From Polyangiales bacterium (lineage in GTDB: Bacteria > Myxococcota_A > Polyangia > Polyangiales > Polyangiaceae), in contig JBBRLQ010000025.1 of assembly GCA_038231275.1 (NCBI GenBank), forward strand, positions 32,001 through 96,000: a DNA stretch of 64,000 bases. The letters run 5' to 3'. The position numbers were made by a program, and so were the translations under genes. The first letter of the stretch is position 1, and each line of letters begins with the position of its first letter. Positions 42,301 through 51,143 of this stretch are shown here, piece by piece. A model generated the notes under the pieces. The model was not told where the DNA came from and did not search any database. It saw nothing but the letters and a program-made list of their open reading frames with translations.

Positions 42301-44539
42301 GCTTCTGAGGCGACGAGGCGAGGCGATCACTGCGCTGCGCACGATCACCGAGCTCGATCCCGATCACGCCGAGGCCTACATGCAGCTCGGACGCACGTAC
42401 CACGCGATGCGCGAGCTCCGCGACGCGAGCACCGCGTACACACAGGCGGCGAGAATCGACGCGGATCCCGAGGCGTACTACCAGCTCGCGGTCTGCCAGC
42501 ACGAGCTGGGGCGCCTCGAGGACGCGATCACCTCGCTCCGCCACGTCTTGCGGCTCAAGGCCGACGACGCGCGCGCACACCTCGACCTCGGATCGATCCT
42601 CGCGGAGCTTGGGCGCGATCCGGAGGCCGTTTCTAGCCTCGAGCGCGCGCTCGAGCACAACCCCAAGCTGGTGGAGGCGCACCGGCGGCTCGCGGTCCTC
42701 TACGGCAAGCTCGGGGACAAGCGCAGGGCCGCCGCGTCGCTCATGGCGCTCGAGAAGGCGAACGCCCACGGCTACGAGACGCTCCTCGAGCTCGCGCGCA
42801 ACGAGCAGTCGCTCGGGCGCACGAAAGAGGCGCTCGAGGCGGTGCGACGCGCGGTGCAGATGGCGCCCGACGATCTCGCGGTGCACGCGCTGCGGGCAGA
42901 GCTGGCGGCGAAGCTGGACCTCCACCAGGAGGCGGCGACGGCATTCGAGGAGGTGCTCGAGCAAGAGCCGGAGAACCCGAGCGCGCTGTACGGCCTCGGC
43001 GTCGCCCGCCTGGCGCTCGATCGGCCGCGTGATGCGCTTTCGCCGCTCCGCACGCTCGTGCGCGTCGATCCGGAGAATTCGGACGGACATCGCAGGCTCG
43101 CGTCGGTCCTCGTCGCGCTCGAGCGGCACGACGAGGCGATCCCCGCGCTCGAATCGCTCGCGCGCCTCGAGCACAACGACGCGAAGGTGCTGCTCGGCCT
43201 GGCCATTTCGTACCGAGCGGTGAAACGGCTCGACGACGCGGTCGGCATCCTGGAGCGCTGCGTCCTCCTCACGCCCCACGCGGCGGCGCCGTGGCGCGAG
43301 CTCGGTCTGTCCTACGTGGAGCTCGGTCGCGACGCCGAGGCGGTCGATGCCCTCGAGAGCGCGGTGGAGCGCGATCCGAAGATGCTCGACGTGCGCGCCG
43401 AGCTGGGAAAGCTGTACACGCGCCAGGGTCGCCACGCCGACGCGGTCTCGACGCTTGGACCCGTCGCGCGCACCGGTGTCCCCGATGCGGCGATCCTAGT
43501 TCACCTCGCGACCTCGCAGCGCTCCCTCGGCCTCCTCCGCGAAGCCGTGCAGAGCGTCCAGCACGCGATCGAGGCGGATCCACGGCGGCGCAAGGCGCGT
43601 CGGCTCCTCGCGGATCTCTACGCCGATCTCGGCGAGCACGAGACGGCAGTGCAGATCTACCAGGAGATCGTGCAGCGCGATCCGATCGACACGATCTCCC
43701 TGCACGGCCTCGCGAGCGCGCTCATGGCGCTGCGCCGCCACGACGACGCGCTGCCGATCATCCGCCAAGCCGTCGATACGGACGCGTCGAATCCCGACCA
43801 TCACCTCCTCCTCGGCAATGTCTTGAGCGCGCTCGATCAACCGCAAGCCGCGGCCGGCGCGTACCTCGAGGCCGCGCAGCTTCGGCCGACCGACCCCGAG
43901 GCGGCGTTCAAGCTCGGCGTCGCCCTCGAGCGCATCGGCCGCCTCGCCCAAAGCCATCATGCCCTCGAGCGCGCCGTCGCCCTGCGCCCCTCGGACGCGC
44001 GCGTCCGGTTCGCCTTCGGCGTAACGCTGATGAAGCTCGGTCGGGCGCAGGAGGCCGTCGATCAATTCGAGCACGCCGTCGCGCAGTCCCCCGAGGAGGG
44101 CCGCTTCCGCGGAGCCCTCGCCGTCGCCTACGCGCAGATCGAGCGCGTGCAAGACGCCGTGGAGCAGTACGAGGAGGCTATCCGCCTCGGCACCAGCGAC
44201 GCCGATCTCCGCTACAACTATGCCGTCATGCTCGAGAAGATGGGACGCTCCCACGACGCCATCGACGCCTTCGCGCACGCGGCGCAAGAGCGCCCGAACC
44301 ACGTCGAGAGCCACCGCCGCCTCGGCAAGCTCCTCGCCGAGCAAGCGCGCGACCGCGAGGCCGCAGAGGCCTACAAGAACGCCGTCCGCTACGATCTCAA
44401 CGATCCGGAGCTCCGCTACGAGCTCGGCGCCTGCTTCGCGCGCATGGGCGAGCGCGCCGCGGCGATGGAGCAGCTGCGCATCCTCCAGGCGATGGACCGC
44501 GCCGCCGCGACGCGCCTCCAGCGCATCATCCCGCGCTGA
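39332..44539 (+). CDS. Giant all-TPR protein (about 50 repeats judged from length), 1735 aa
   Basis: Continuous 34-aa TPR pattern (e.g. AITAKPDHAEAHYNLG) along the whole length; no signal peptide or catalytic domain seen. Confidence 0.92.
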   Translation: MGAMADPQLARTIDLLTTQLLIHPNDPHKRFQLGMAYRNSGNLQEAIKAYKRAITAKPDHAEAHYNLGVTYKMAGDWANATDAWKESVRHKPEHAEGHAQLALGLTHLGKGDEAIDEYARTLELNPEHVAARREIGLLQYRQGKYAEAAERLYKAAEAEPENAELFLRLGQSYNRLKRYAPAKAALKEALILNEASPETYKALVEAYARTGEHNDAVIAARKAVQHDPNDAESHAELAKNLAALERDKEAIVAIKRALELTPEDPQLHVALGACLMRLKDPTAAEAAYHEAVRLAPDSAPPHAGLGTAMNALERWTDALDELELATKIDATSALAFTSLGLTYKKLGRVPEAVAALHRAGELDPADVDLRYSIALHHIELGQNTEAMDALAKVLELKKDHADALMKLGEMRVAAEQWAEAIDPLKMAVKIRAEFGHAYQLLATALRKLGRHAEAIEAYKHAATSAPNDFDAVLEMGRSQAAAGNDKEAAATFERALVMKADQPDALFELGMACARMRDHADAIDALERVVKIRPTDQPAVYQLGIEYHALHRHEDAANAIERSLKLKPGDFDAQRLLGMIQSDAGKDQLAVDAFEKAHWLKQNDAEIRRRTGRSLLKLGRTREAVQALEDAARIDPNDAETHFTLGLAMKELNRPADAKARFEKTVALAPTRAEAHIELGKLLDHFGETARATEAFREATRLSPEDADAYELAGHAFMKISSYVEAAAAFKHLTRLRPADAVSLFDLGNALTHTEQDHEAVDAFEYAARQRPNHTATHGELARAYARVGRVENAIDSYRRVLALEPGTTYASLELAALLESVGLHQDRVSALLASVKASPHDVQARLKLGIAYDELGQVPEAIAALEAVVSRDPSVVDAQRRLARLHKNSGQYEKAILACEALLRLGAEDAEMLVDLAESRRQLKDNNRALDALHQAVKLSPDHVPAYRLLADIYVELGMHAEAAQAFENVLRREKTDIPALYGAALAYGLLRRRGEAITALRTITELDPDHAEAYMQLGRTYHAMRELRDASTAYTQAARIDADPEAYYQLAVCQHELGRLEDAITSLRHVLRLKADDARAHLDLGSILAELGRDPEAVSSLERALEHNPKLVEAHRRLAVLYGKLGDKRRAAASLMALEKANAHGYETLLELARNEQSLGRTKEALEAVRRAVQMAPDDLAVHALRAELAAKLDLHQEAATAFEEVLEQEPENPSALYGLGVARLALDRPRDALSPLRTLVRVDPENSDGHRRLASVLVALERHDEAIPALESLARLEHNDAKVLLGLAISYRAVKRLDDAVGILERCVLLTPHAAAPWRELGLSYVELGRDAEAVDALESAVERDPKMLDVRAELGKLYTRQGRHADAVSTLGPVARTGVPDAAILVHLATSQRSLGLLREAVQSVQHAIEADPRRRKARRLLADLYADLGEHETAVQIYQEIVQRDPIDTISLHGLASALMALRRHDDALPIIRQAVDTDASNPDHHLLLGNVLSALDQPQAAAGAYLEAAQLRPTDPEAAFKLGVALERIGRLAQSHHALERAVALRPSDARVRFAFGVTLMKLGRAQEAVDQFEHAVAQSPEEGRFRGALAVAYAQIERVQDAVEQYEEAIRLGTSDADLRYNYAVMLEKMGRSHDAIDAFAHAAQERPNHVESHRRLGKLLAEQARDREAAEAYKNAVRYDLNDPELRYELGACFARMGERAAAMEQLRILQAMDRAAATRLQRIIPR

Positions 44540-44579
44540 GCTTCTTCAGAGAGATGCGGCGGTTCGAGGCGCCGTCGCG

Positions 44580-45680
44580 TCAGTTCGCAGGACGGGGGCA
44601 CGCCTGCTTGCATGTCGTGCGCTTCTGCGACGGCGGGCTCGGCAGGTTCTCGTCGCAGCACCCGTAGCTCGGCTTCAAGTTGTCGCCGCCCGCGGCGCCG
44701 CCGGTCCCAGGCTTCTTCGGATCTTCCGCGGGCGCGTCGGGATCGCCCTTCGCGCCCTTGGGGTAGATATGCGGCCACAGCGAGTCCTCGTTCGGAACGA
44801 GCTCGATGTCGCGGAGGGTGAAGATGCGCTCGATCTCGGCGTGGCGCAGCTCGCGGCCACCGTCGTCCTTCGCGCTCATCTGCTCGTACACGCGCACGCC
44901 TTCTTTGATGTAGCGAGCGGAGCTGGTGAGACGGTACTCGATGCGGCCGTAGGAGCCGGGCTCGCCGACGTCCATGTAGTCGCGGCGATCGGCGGTGAAC
45001 GCGGTGAGGCGAACGAGCTCGCCGCGGCGCGGCATGAAGATGCTGGTGACGCTGCGGCACGGCTCGAGCTTCGTGTTGCCGGAGCACCCTTCGTCCTGGA
45101 CGGTGACGACGACCTCCGGGCCGATGCGCTCCAGCGCGAAATACGGGCGCTTCGTGATGCCGCGGTAGATGCCGACCGCGTACACCTCGGCGGCGTCCTC
45201 TTTCGGACGAACGAGCGCGAGCGGCCCGGCCTCGGTGCCGTCGGGGAAGCGGTGTGTGCGCATCCAGAGCGCCTTCAGGCGATCGCCGCCGGTGCCGAGC
45301 GTGATCTCCCCTTCTTCGACCGCGACCGGATAGCGACGAATCCACTCGCCGCCCTTGAGCGCCGGGTCGGCGAGCACGTTGCGGCCCGTGCACGGCACCG
45401 CGTCCTCGGGGAGCGCGAGCTTCTCGGTGTCGAACGTCGGAAACACGAGGCGCCAGTAGCCGGCCTCCGACATGTTGCGCGCCAGGCCTGTCTTCACACG
45501 CCTCACGGGGAGCCGCATCACGCATGCGGGGACCGGCGCGAGGAGGCGCGTCGGATCCTCGAAGTGCGGCTCCTTCGCAGCAGCGGCGCCGCACCCGCTC
45601 GATCCGAAGGCGGAGCCCAGGACCACGATCGCCAAAAAAAACAGCCTCTTAGAAGCGGTGAGCACACTCATCGGCCACAT
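44580..45680 (-). CDS. Putative lipoprotein, hypothetical
   Basis: KRLFFLAIVVLGSAFGSSGC lipobox-like signal; start 45680 or 45671. Confidence 0.72.
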   Translation of the reverse strand: MWPMSVLTASKRLFFLAIVVLGSAFGSSGCGAAAAKEPHFEDPTRLLAPVPACVMRLPVRRVKTGLARNMSEAGYWRLVFPTFDTEKLALPEDAVPCTGRNVLADPALKGGEWIRRYPVAVEEGEITLGTGGDRLKALWMRTHRFPDGTEAGPLALVRPKEDAAEVYAVGIYRGITKRPYFALERIGPEVVVTVQDEGCSGNTKLEPCRSVTSIFMPRRGELVRLTAFTADRRDYMDVGEPGSYGRIEYRLTSSARYIKEGVRVYEQMSAKDDGGRELRHAEIERIFTLRDIELVPNEDSLWPHIYPKGAKGDPDAPAEDPKKPGTGGAAGGDNLKPSYGCCDENLPSPPSQKRTTCKQACPRPAN

Positions 45681-45746
45681 CCTGGAGCGATCGTACAGGC
45701 CGCCCCCGCGGCGGGCCCAATCTTGCGCGGATTCAGAGGCAGAAGA

Positions 45747-46322
45747 TCAGAGCTCGAAGTAACCGCCCGGCACGACGAACGTGTCATCGAGCCCGGCCAT
45801 CGTGAGGACGCCCCAGCACGCAAGCTTCGTCTTGACGGCGAACGTCACCACCTCGTTCGGATCGCCAATCGGCGCCAGGACGGCGAGGTTCGAGCGGTGC
45901 ACGCCCCACGATCCGGGGCCGTGCTGGAGGATCGCCTCGTGCAGCTCCAGCCCCGCCGCCGGCGGATCGTTCAGGATGGCGACGCGGAGGCGCACCGGGT
46001 GATCGCCGGCGTTCATCACGTCGACGTAGACGAGGTCGCTGCGCGCGCGAACCGTGCGCGACTCGTAGCCGTGCGCGGTCAAGAAGCGGACGAGCGCCCC
46101 TTCGTTGAGCGGCGTGTAGTCGGGCTTCAGCGGCTCTCCCTGGCACGCCGCGGGCTTCAGCCGCATGTACCCTGGCGAGAGCGAGCCCTCGACGTTCGCT
46201 TCTGCGTTGCCGCCACCGGTGTTCAAGTTCACCGCCCCCGTCGCCTGCAGCTGAGAGCCGCCACAGCTCGGGAGCACGGTCGCGCCGCTCGCCAACGCGA
46301 GGGCCGCAAGGAGTCGGGTCAT
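45747..46322 (-). CDS. Putative lipoprotein, hypothetical, 191 aa
   Basis: MTRLLAALALASGATVLPSCGG signal/lipobox. Confidence 0.72.
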   Translation of the reverse strand: MTRLLAALALASGATVLPSCGGSQLQATGAVNLNTGGGNAEANVEGSLSPGYMRLKPAACQGEPLKPDYTPLNEGALVRFLTAHGYESRTVRARSDLVYVDVMNAGDHPVRLRVAILNDPPAAGLELHEAILQHGPGSWGVHRSNLAVLAPIGDPNEVVTFAVKTKLACWGVLTMAGLDDTFVVPGGYFEL

Positions 46323-46408
46323 GCAGGAACTTTAGAGCACGCGCGCCGTCTGGACGAGTTTTCGCTCCTTCTTTGCGTTTCCTTCGGGCCGCCTAGTACG
46401 CTTTCACC

Positions 46409-47071
46409 ATGATGCGCACGGTCTCGTTCGCCCTCGCGGCGGGCGCTGCAATCGCCGGCCTAGGCGGGATCTTGAGCGGGCTCGGGTGCGGCGGGCAAAT
46501 GCCCGACCCGATCGCCTTCCAGAACCGCGTCTTTTACAACTACGACGATCCGAACGCCGATCTGTCCGCCTTCGAGCAGCGCTACCCGCCGCTGGACCTC
46601 GCCGAGGCCCTGCCGAACCCCGAGTACCTCGGCGTCAGCGTCATCGGCTCGAACATCCACCTGTCGCGCCCCAAGAACTGGGTCGTCCGCACCGCGAGCA
46701 ACAAAGAGACGGAGCGCTACATCGAGTACGTCTCGCCCAACGAGTACGTCTTCTCGATCTACGAGCGCGTCGACTCGCCCGAGGACGTGTGGCGCGAGGT
46801 GATGGCGCGCTACGAAGAAGGCGTGAAGGCCGACGGCGCCGAGCTGCTCGGTCAGCGCGTGCCGGTGTCGACGTGGAACGCGCAAGGTCGCGCCTACGTC
46901 GTCCGCCGACAGGTCAAGGCCGCCAAGTCCCCGTTCATCAGCGTGAGCCGCGAGTATTTGGCGCGCAGCGATCACCGCATCGTCCTCGTCCAGATCCTCC
47001 ACCAGACTGCGACCCTCAAGCCGGTGTCCGACGAGCTCCTCCGCGTCATCGCGACGCTCGAGCTCAATTGA
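46409..47071 (+). CDS. Putative lipoprotein, possibly PsbP/DcrB-like fold, 220 aa
   Basis: Hydrophobic N-terminus ending LSGLGC; IHLSRPKNWVV segment. Confidence 0.7.
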   Translation: MMRTVSFALAAGAAIAGLGGILSGLGCGGQMPDPIAFQNRVFYNYDDPNADLSAFEQRYPPLDLAEALPNPEYLGVSVIGSNIHLSRPKNWVVRTASNKETERYIEYVSPNEYVFSIYERVDSPEDVWREVMARYEEGVKADGAELLGQRVPVSTWNAQGRAYVVRRQVKAAKSPFISVSREYLARSDHRIVLVQILHQTATLKPVSDELLRVIATLELN

Positions 47072-47087
47072 CGCTGAGCTAGAGGCG

Positions 47088-48167
47088 TTACGGCATCCTC
47101 GAGTCGGCGGGGCGGTCCTCGTCGAGGATCGTCGGGCGCGCGTTGGTCATGTCGTCGCTCATTACGAAGCGGGCGGTCATGGGCTTGCCGCTGGTGGGGC
47201 GCAGGGTGGTCGTGACGCCGAGGCGGGCGCCGCGCTCGACTCCGAGCTCGAAGCGCGGCGCGTCGTGCTCTGCAAGCGTCACCTCGCACTCGATCTCGAG
47301 GACGCCGCGCGAGAACTGATCGATGACCTTGCGCAGCGTCGGGTGCAGCCGTCCGCCCGGCATGAGCCCCTCGAAGGTTTCGTAGTCCACGGGGCCGATC
47401 CCGACGCGGAAGCGGCCCGACCGATCGATGACGGAGCGCCCGATCGTCAGATCCATCCCGAGCATGCTGTTCTGCGTGCCGAGCTTCGCGATCTGATCGT
47501 CGTTCAACATCACGCGACGCGCGATGAAGCTCTTCGTGGTGATCCCGGCGCCCGGAAACAGGCGCTCCAAAATGATCTGGAGCGAGCGCGCCGGCCTCGT
47601 CTTGATGGCCAGCAGCGGCGCGAGCGCGAGCAAGCTGAGCGGCGGCAGACCGTCCTTGGGCGGCGCGACGGCATCGACGCCCACGAACGACAGCGCGCGT
47701 CGCGTGAAGGGATCGCTCCCGTCGAGCCGAAATCCCGCGGCAAAACGGTACTTTTTCCACGCTCGAAAAAAGAGCGACAGGAGCCGATGGTGGAAGACGT
47801 CGTAGAACGCCTTGAGCGACTTCTCGTCCGAGCGCTCGGCGTCGATGACCTCTTCGCTGATGAACGACGCGAGCGGCGACACGGCGCCGATGAGGCCCAT
47901 GAAGTTCGAGCGGATCTCGGAGAAGGGCACGCCGTCGCGGATCACGCGCGGTGTGATCGACGTGATGTCGGCCGAGTGGAAGATGAGGTCCGGATCGTGC
48001 ACGAAGCGGATCGACTCGCGGCGCACCGGCCCGAGGTTCCCCACTGGGATCGCGTGCGGCGCGGTCCGCTGCAAGAGCTGCACGGCCCGGAAGAAGCTGA
48101 ACTTCCAGGGCTCCGTCGCCAGCTCTTGGATCAGAGCAGCGTCAGATTTCCCGTGCGTGGCGGCCAT
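47088..48167 (-). CDS. tssG: T6SS baseplate subunit TssG
   Basis: FSFFRAVQLL, NFMGLIGAVSPL, FYDVFHHRLLSLFFRAWKKYR; follows tssF. Confidence 0.95.
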   Translation of the reverse strand: MAATHGKSDAALIQELATEPWKFSFFRAVQLLQRTAPHAIPVGNLGPVRRESIRFVHDPDLIFHSADITSITPRVIRDGVPFSEIRSNFMGLIGAVSPLASFISEEVIDAERSDEKSLKAFYDVFHHRLLSLFFRAWKKYRFAAGFRLDGSDPFTRRALSFVGVDAVAPPKDGLPPLSLLALAPLLAIKTRPARSLQIILERLFPGAGITTKSFIARRVMLNDDQIAKLGTQNSMLGMDLTIGRSVIDRSGRFRVGIGPVDYETFEGLMPGGRLHPTLRKVIDQFSRGVLEIECEVTLAEHDAPRFELGVERGARLGVTTTLRPTSGKPMTARFVMSDDMTNARPTILDEDRPADSRMP

Positions 48168-49897
48168 GCGAACCGGACCTTCGAGTTGACGCCGTGGATC
48201 GTGGTCTTGGAGAACGAGTTGAGGGACACGTAGCTCGAGTAGAGCTGCTCGAGGACCGCCGAGAACAGGTACAGATCGCCGTCGCCGATGAACGCGCTCT
48301 CTTCGATGTCGATATCGAGAGAGACGCCGCGCACGAGCGAGCCGCGGAAGAGGCGCTCGCTGGGCGTCACGCGGATGTCCTGCACGGCGGCGATGCGCAG
48401 CTCATTCGCGCGCGCCGCTTGGCGATCGACGAGCGCGTGGAGGTTGTACACGTCGAGGACGGCCTTCAGGACCTGCAGCTCGGCGAGCGAACGCAGACCC
48501 ATCGCCGCGTGGGCCACGACACGCCACTGAAGCTCGCGCCCGAGCGGCGCCGACACGTGCTGCGTCACCGCCAAGATGTTCTTGAACGTCGCCGACGATG
48601 GCGAGCTCGGCGTCGGTACGCAGATCTCTCCCGCGCGGAGCACGTTCGCCAGCTTCCCGTTCGTCGCGAGGAGATCGACCGACACGACGTCGGCGTCGGG
48701 GAGCACGCCTGCGTCTTCCGGCGTACCGAACGAGAGCATCGTGTCGACCCCGTCGGCCACGACGCTCGGGTGCAAGTGCATCGTGTAAAACGTGCGCGTA
48801 CTGTCGGTGGAGTTCTCCGCGTGGGAGAAATCGTAGAAGGCCGGAATCACCACGCGATCGGTCGTCCCCAGCGGGATCGTCATCACGCGCTCGATCGCGT
48901 ACACCTCCGCGTGCCCCGGCGGCAGCCCGGCGGGCCTCACCAAGAACTCTTCGCGCGCGACGTTGAGCCGGATCGGCTCCGCGCTCGTCTCGAAGATGTT
49001 CACGACCGGCACGCAGTGGAGCTTCACCGCCTCGTGCATCGACTGCGGCGCGTCCTTGTACGGCGCGTCGAAGCGAAGGCCGAGCACGAACGTCTGCAGG
49101 TCCTTGCCGATCTCCTGCGCGCGGAGGAGGCCCGCCACGTCGACGAACGCGAACTTCTGCGGGATGACGTAGTACTCCTCGAGGAGCCGGTAGCCGGGGA
49201 AGGCCATGCGCCCGAACGGAAGGAGCGCCTCGTCGTCGTGGAAGCCCGCGTGCGAGAGCGCGCGCTTTCCGAGCGAGATCTCCTTCGTCTTTCCGGGAGC
49301 ACTTTCGGTGAACAGCACGACGTCGTCGAGGTGCTCGTGGATCCACATGAGCAGCCCGAGCTGCGAGCGCTGATCGCCGGCGAGGTAGAGCCGCGTCTTC
49401 TCGCCCGCGACCGCCGAGAGCTGTGCGCCGCCGAGGAGGCGAAACGTGATGCGGAGCATCTGCTTGCCGCGCGGCAAGAGCTCGAGCCGGATGTCGTCGA
49501 TCGCCCACGGTGCGAGCTCGCACGGCCACACCGACTGGAAACGGCATGACGTCCCGTCTACCTCGACGCTCGCGAACTCCGCCCCCTTCGGCACTACCGT
49601 GCGCTCGCGGAGGACACCTGGAAGCGGCGTGATCTCGAGCATCGTCGCCGCAGGCAGCGGACGCAGGAGGTGCGGGAAGAGGAGCGACGCCATCCCGTGG
49701 ATGACTTCGGGGATCTCGTCGTCGAGCTTCTCCCGGATGCGCCCGGTCAGGAACGCGACGCCCTCGAGCAGCCGCTCCACGTCGGGATCGCCGCCGCGGT
49801 CCGCCAGCATCGGCGCCAGCGCCGGATACGCCCCCGCAAACTCCTTGCCGAGCTCGCGCAGATAGACGATCTCGTCTTGGAAATATTTGTTGAACAC
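48131..49897 (-). CDS. tssF: T6SS baseplate subunit TssF
   Basis: YFQDEIVYLRELGKEFA...DPDVERLLEGVAFL, GYRLLEEYY, LHCVPVVNIF, YVSLNSF. Confidence 0.96.
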   Translation of the reverse strand: MFNKYFQDEIVYLRELGKEFAGAYPALAPMLADRGGDPDVERLLEGVAFLTGRIREKLDDEIPEVIHGMASLLFPHLLRPLPAATMLEITPLPGVLRERTVVPKGAEFASVEVDGTSCRFQSVWPCELAPWAIDDIRLELLPRGKQMLRITFRLLGGAQLSAVAGEKTRLYLAGDQRSQLGLLMWIHEHLDDVVLFTESAPGKTKEISLGKRALSHAGFHDDEALLPFGRMAFPGYRLLEEYYVIPQKFAFVDVAGLLRAQEIGKDLQTFVLGLRFDAPYKDAPQSMHEAVKLHCVPVVNIFETSAEPIRLNVAREEFLVRPAGLPPGHAEVYAIERVMTIPLGTTDRVVIPAFYDFSHAENSTDSTRTFYTMHLHPSVVADGVDTMLSFGTPEDAGVLPDADVVSVDLLATNGKLANVLRAGEICVPTPSSPSSATFKNILAVTQHVSAPLGRELQWRVVAHAAMGLRSLAELQVLKAVLDVYNLHALVDRQAARANELRIAAVQDIRVTPSERLFRGSLVRGVSLDIDIEESAFIGDGDLYLFSAVLEQLYSSYVSLNSFSKTTIHGVNSKVRFAWPPRTGNLTLL

Positions 49898-49926
49898 TGG
49901 CGCGAACGGGGGCGATCGGCGTGAAT

Positions 49927-50328
49927 TTACTTCACCGAGATCTTACGCGACATCTCCATGGTGGTCTCGAATTTCATGGGCGTTTTTCCGTTCTCGGTCA
50001 CCAGCGACGCGGCGATCTCGAAGCGGATGATGAGGTCGTCGTTGGGGATGAAGTTCACCCGCACGCCCGTGAGGCGGGGCTCGTAGGCCTCGATCGTGTG
50101 CTTCAGCGCCCGCTGCATCGTCGCGATGGCGTCGGGGAAGTTGTGCAGCATCTCGGTGACGTCGGGAATCCCGTAATCCGGCAGCGTCGCCATCGAGCCT
50201 TGCCGCGTGGACAGCATGCCCTGCAGGTGCTCGAGCAGGTTCTCGCGAAGCTCGCTCGCCGGGATGTTCCTACGAGCCGTCGCCAGCTCGGGGTGCCTCA
50301 CGCGGGAAAGGAGGGATGCGCGCTTCAT
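49927..50328 (-). CDS. tssE: T6SS baseplate subunit TssE (gp25-like)
   Basis: MLSTRQG...PDYGIPD...IEAYEPRL. Confidence 0.94.
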   Translation of the reverse strand: MKRASLLSRVRHPELATARRNIPASELRENLLEHLQGMLSTRQGSMATLPDYGIPDVTEMLHNFPDAIATMQRALKHTIEAYEPRLTGVRVNFIPNDDLIIRFEIAASLVTENGKTPMKFETTMEMSRKISVK

Positions 50329-50370
50329 GCTGTTTCCGACGATGCTACAACAGCCAACCGTGCTCCAAAG

Positions 50371-50404
50371 AAAAAGGCCCCGCTACGGTCATCGCAGCGG
50401 GGCC
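50371..50404 (-). terminator. Intrinsic terminator after hcp
   Basis: Minus strand GGCCCCGCT-GCGATGACCGT-AGCGGGGCC followed by TTTTT, about 23 nt after the hcp stop. Confidence 0.8.
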
Positions 50405-50426
50405 AAATCCTTCGAACGGGTCGGAC

Positions 50427-50945
50427 CTAGACGGTCGCTTCCGCGTTCCAGTCGTCGACCGCGGTCTTGCTGGCGAGGATGTGCTCCATCTGGATCTTGT
50501 TGAAGGCGATCGAGATGTCCTCGAGCTCCATCGTGTCGTAGATTCCAGGAGACTTGGCGTTCGAGCCCGTTGCCTCGTCCTCGTTGGTGCCCGTGTACTG
50601 GCGGACCTTGACGATGTGCGAGTCGGTCAGCGTGATGCGGTAGTAGTCCTCGTCCTTACCGGTCTTGTCCTTCTGTTGGAAGGTGATGGTGAAGGTCGAG
50701 ATCTTTTCGTTGCTCGTGCAGGCCGACCAGAACTGAACCGAAGTGGCGTCCCACTCCTTGGTCAGGATGATGTTCTTGTGCTGCCGCTTCCCCTTGGCCT
50801 TGTTCGTCGAGACGTCGAACGCAGCAAGAACTTCGTACTGGAATCGGATGCAGGGGAACTCGTCCTTGTGCTTGTCGCGCGGGCTGGTTCCAGCCGATGC
50901 ACCCTGCTTGTCGAACTTGCACTTCGCATTAAATTCGTATGCCAT
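50427..50945 (-). CDS. hcp: T6SS tube protein Hcp/TssD
   Basis: GKRQHKNIILTKEWDATS, YYRITLTD, EDISIAFNKI; GGAGG RBS. Confidence 0.95.
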   Translation of the reverse strand: MAYEFNAKCKFDKQGASAGTSPRDKHKDEFPCIRFQYEVLAAFDVSTNKAKGKRQHKNIILTKEWDATSVQFWSACTSNEKISTFTITFQQKDKTGKDEDYYRITLTDSHIVKVRQYTGTNEDEATGSNAKSPGIYDTMELEDISIAFNKIQMEHILASKTAVDDWNAEATV

Positions 50946-51074
50946 TTGTCTGCCTCCAGGTCTTGGCGAGCGCTTCCGGCGACTAGCGCCTTTCCCGTTT
51001 CAAATTAAGTCTACCCGACTGGGTGGCTTTTTCTCCCCTCATCGTTGTCCCCCGAACGGGCGACGAGGGAAGCA

Positions 51075-51100
51075 GATCCCGCGGCTAACTCCGCGGGATC
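51075..51100. other. Perfect 10-bp stem-loop between tssC and hcp (possible mRNA stability or processing element)
   Basis: GATCCCGCGG-CTAACT-CCGCGGGATC; no U-tract. Confidence 0.5.
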
Positions 51101-51143
51101 CGGTCGAACGACGCCACCAGGCGCATCGGGGAGCCAGGAAACG

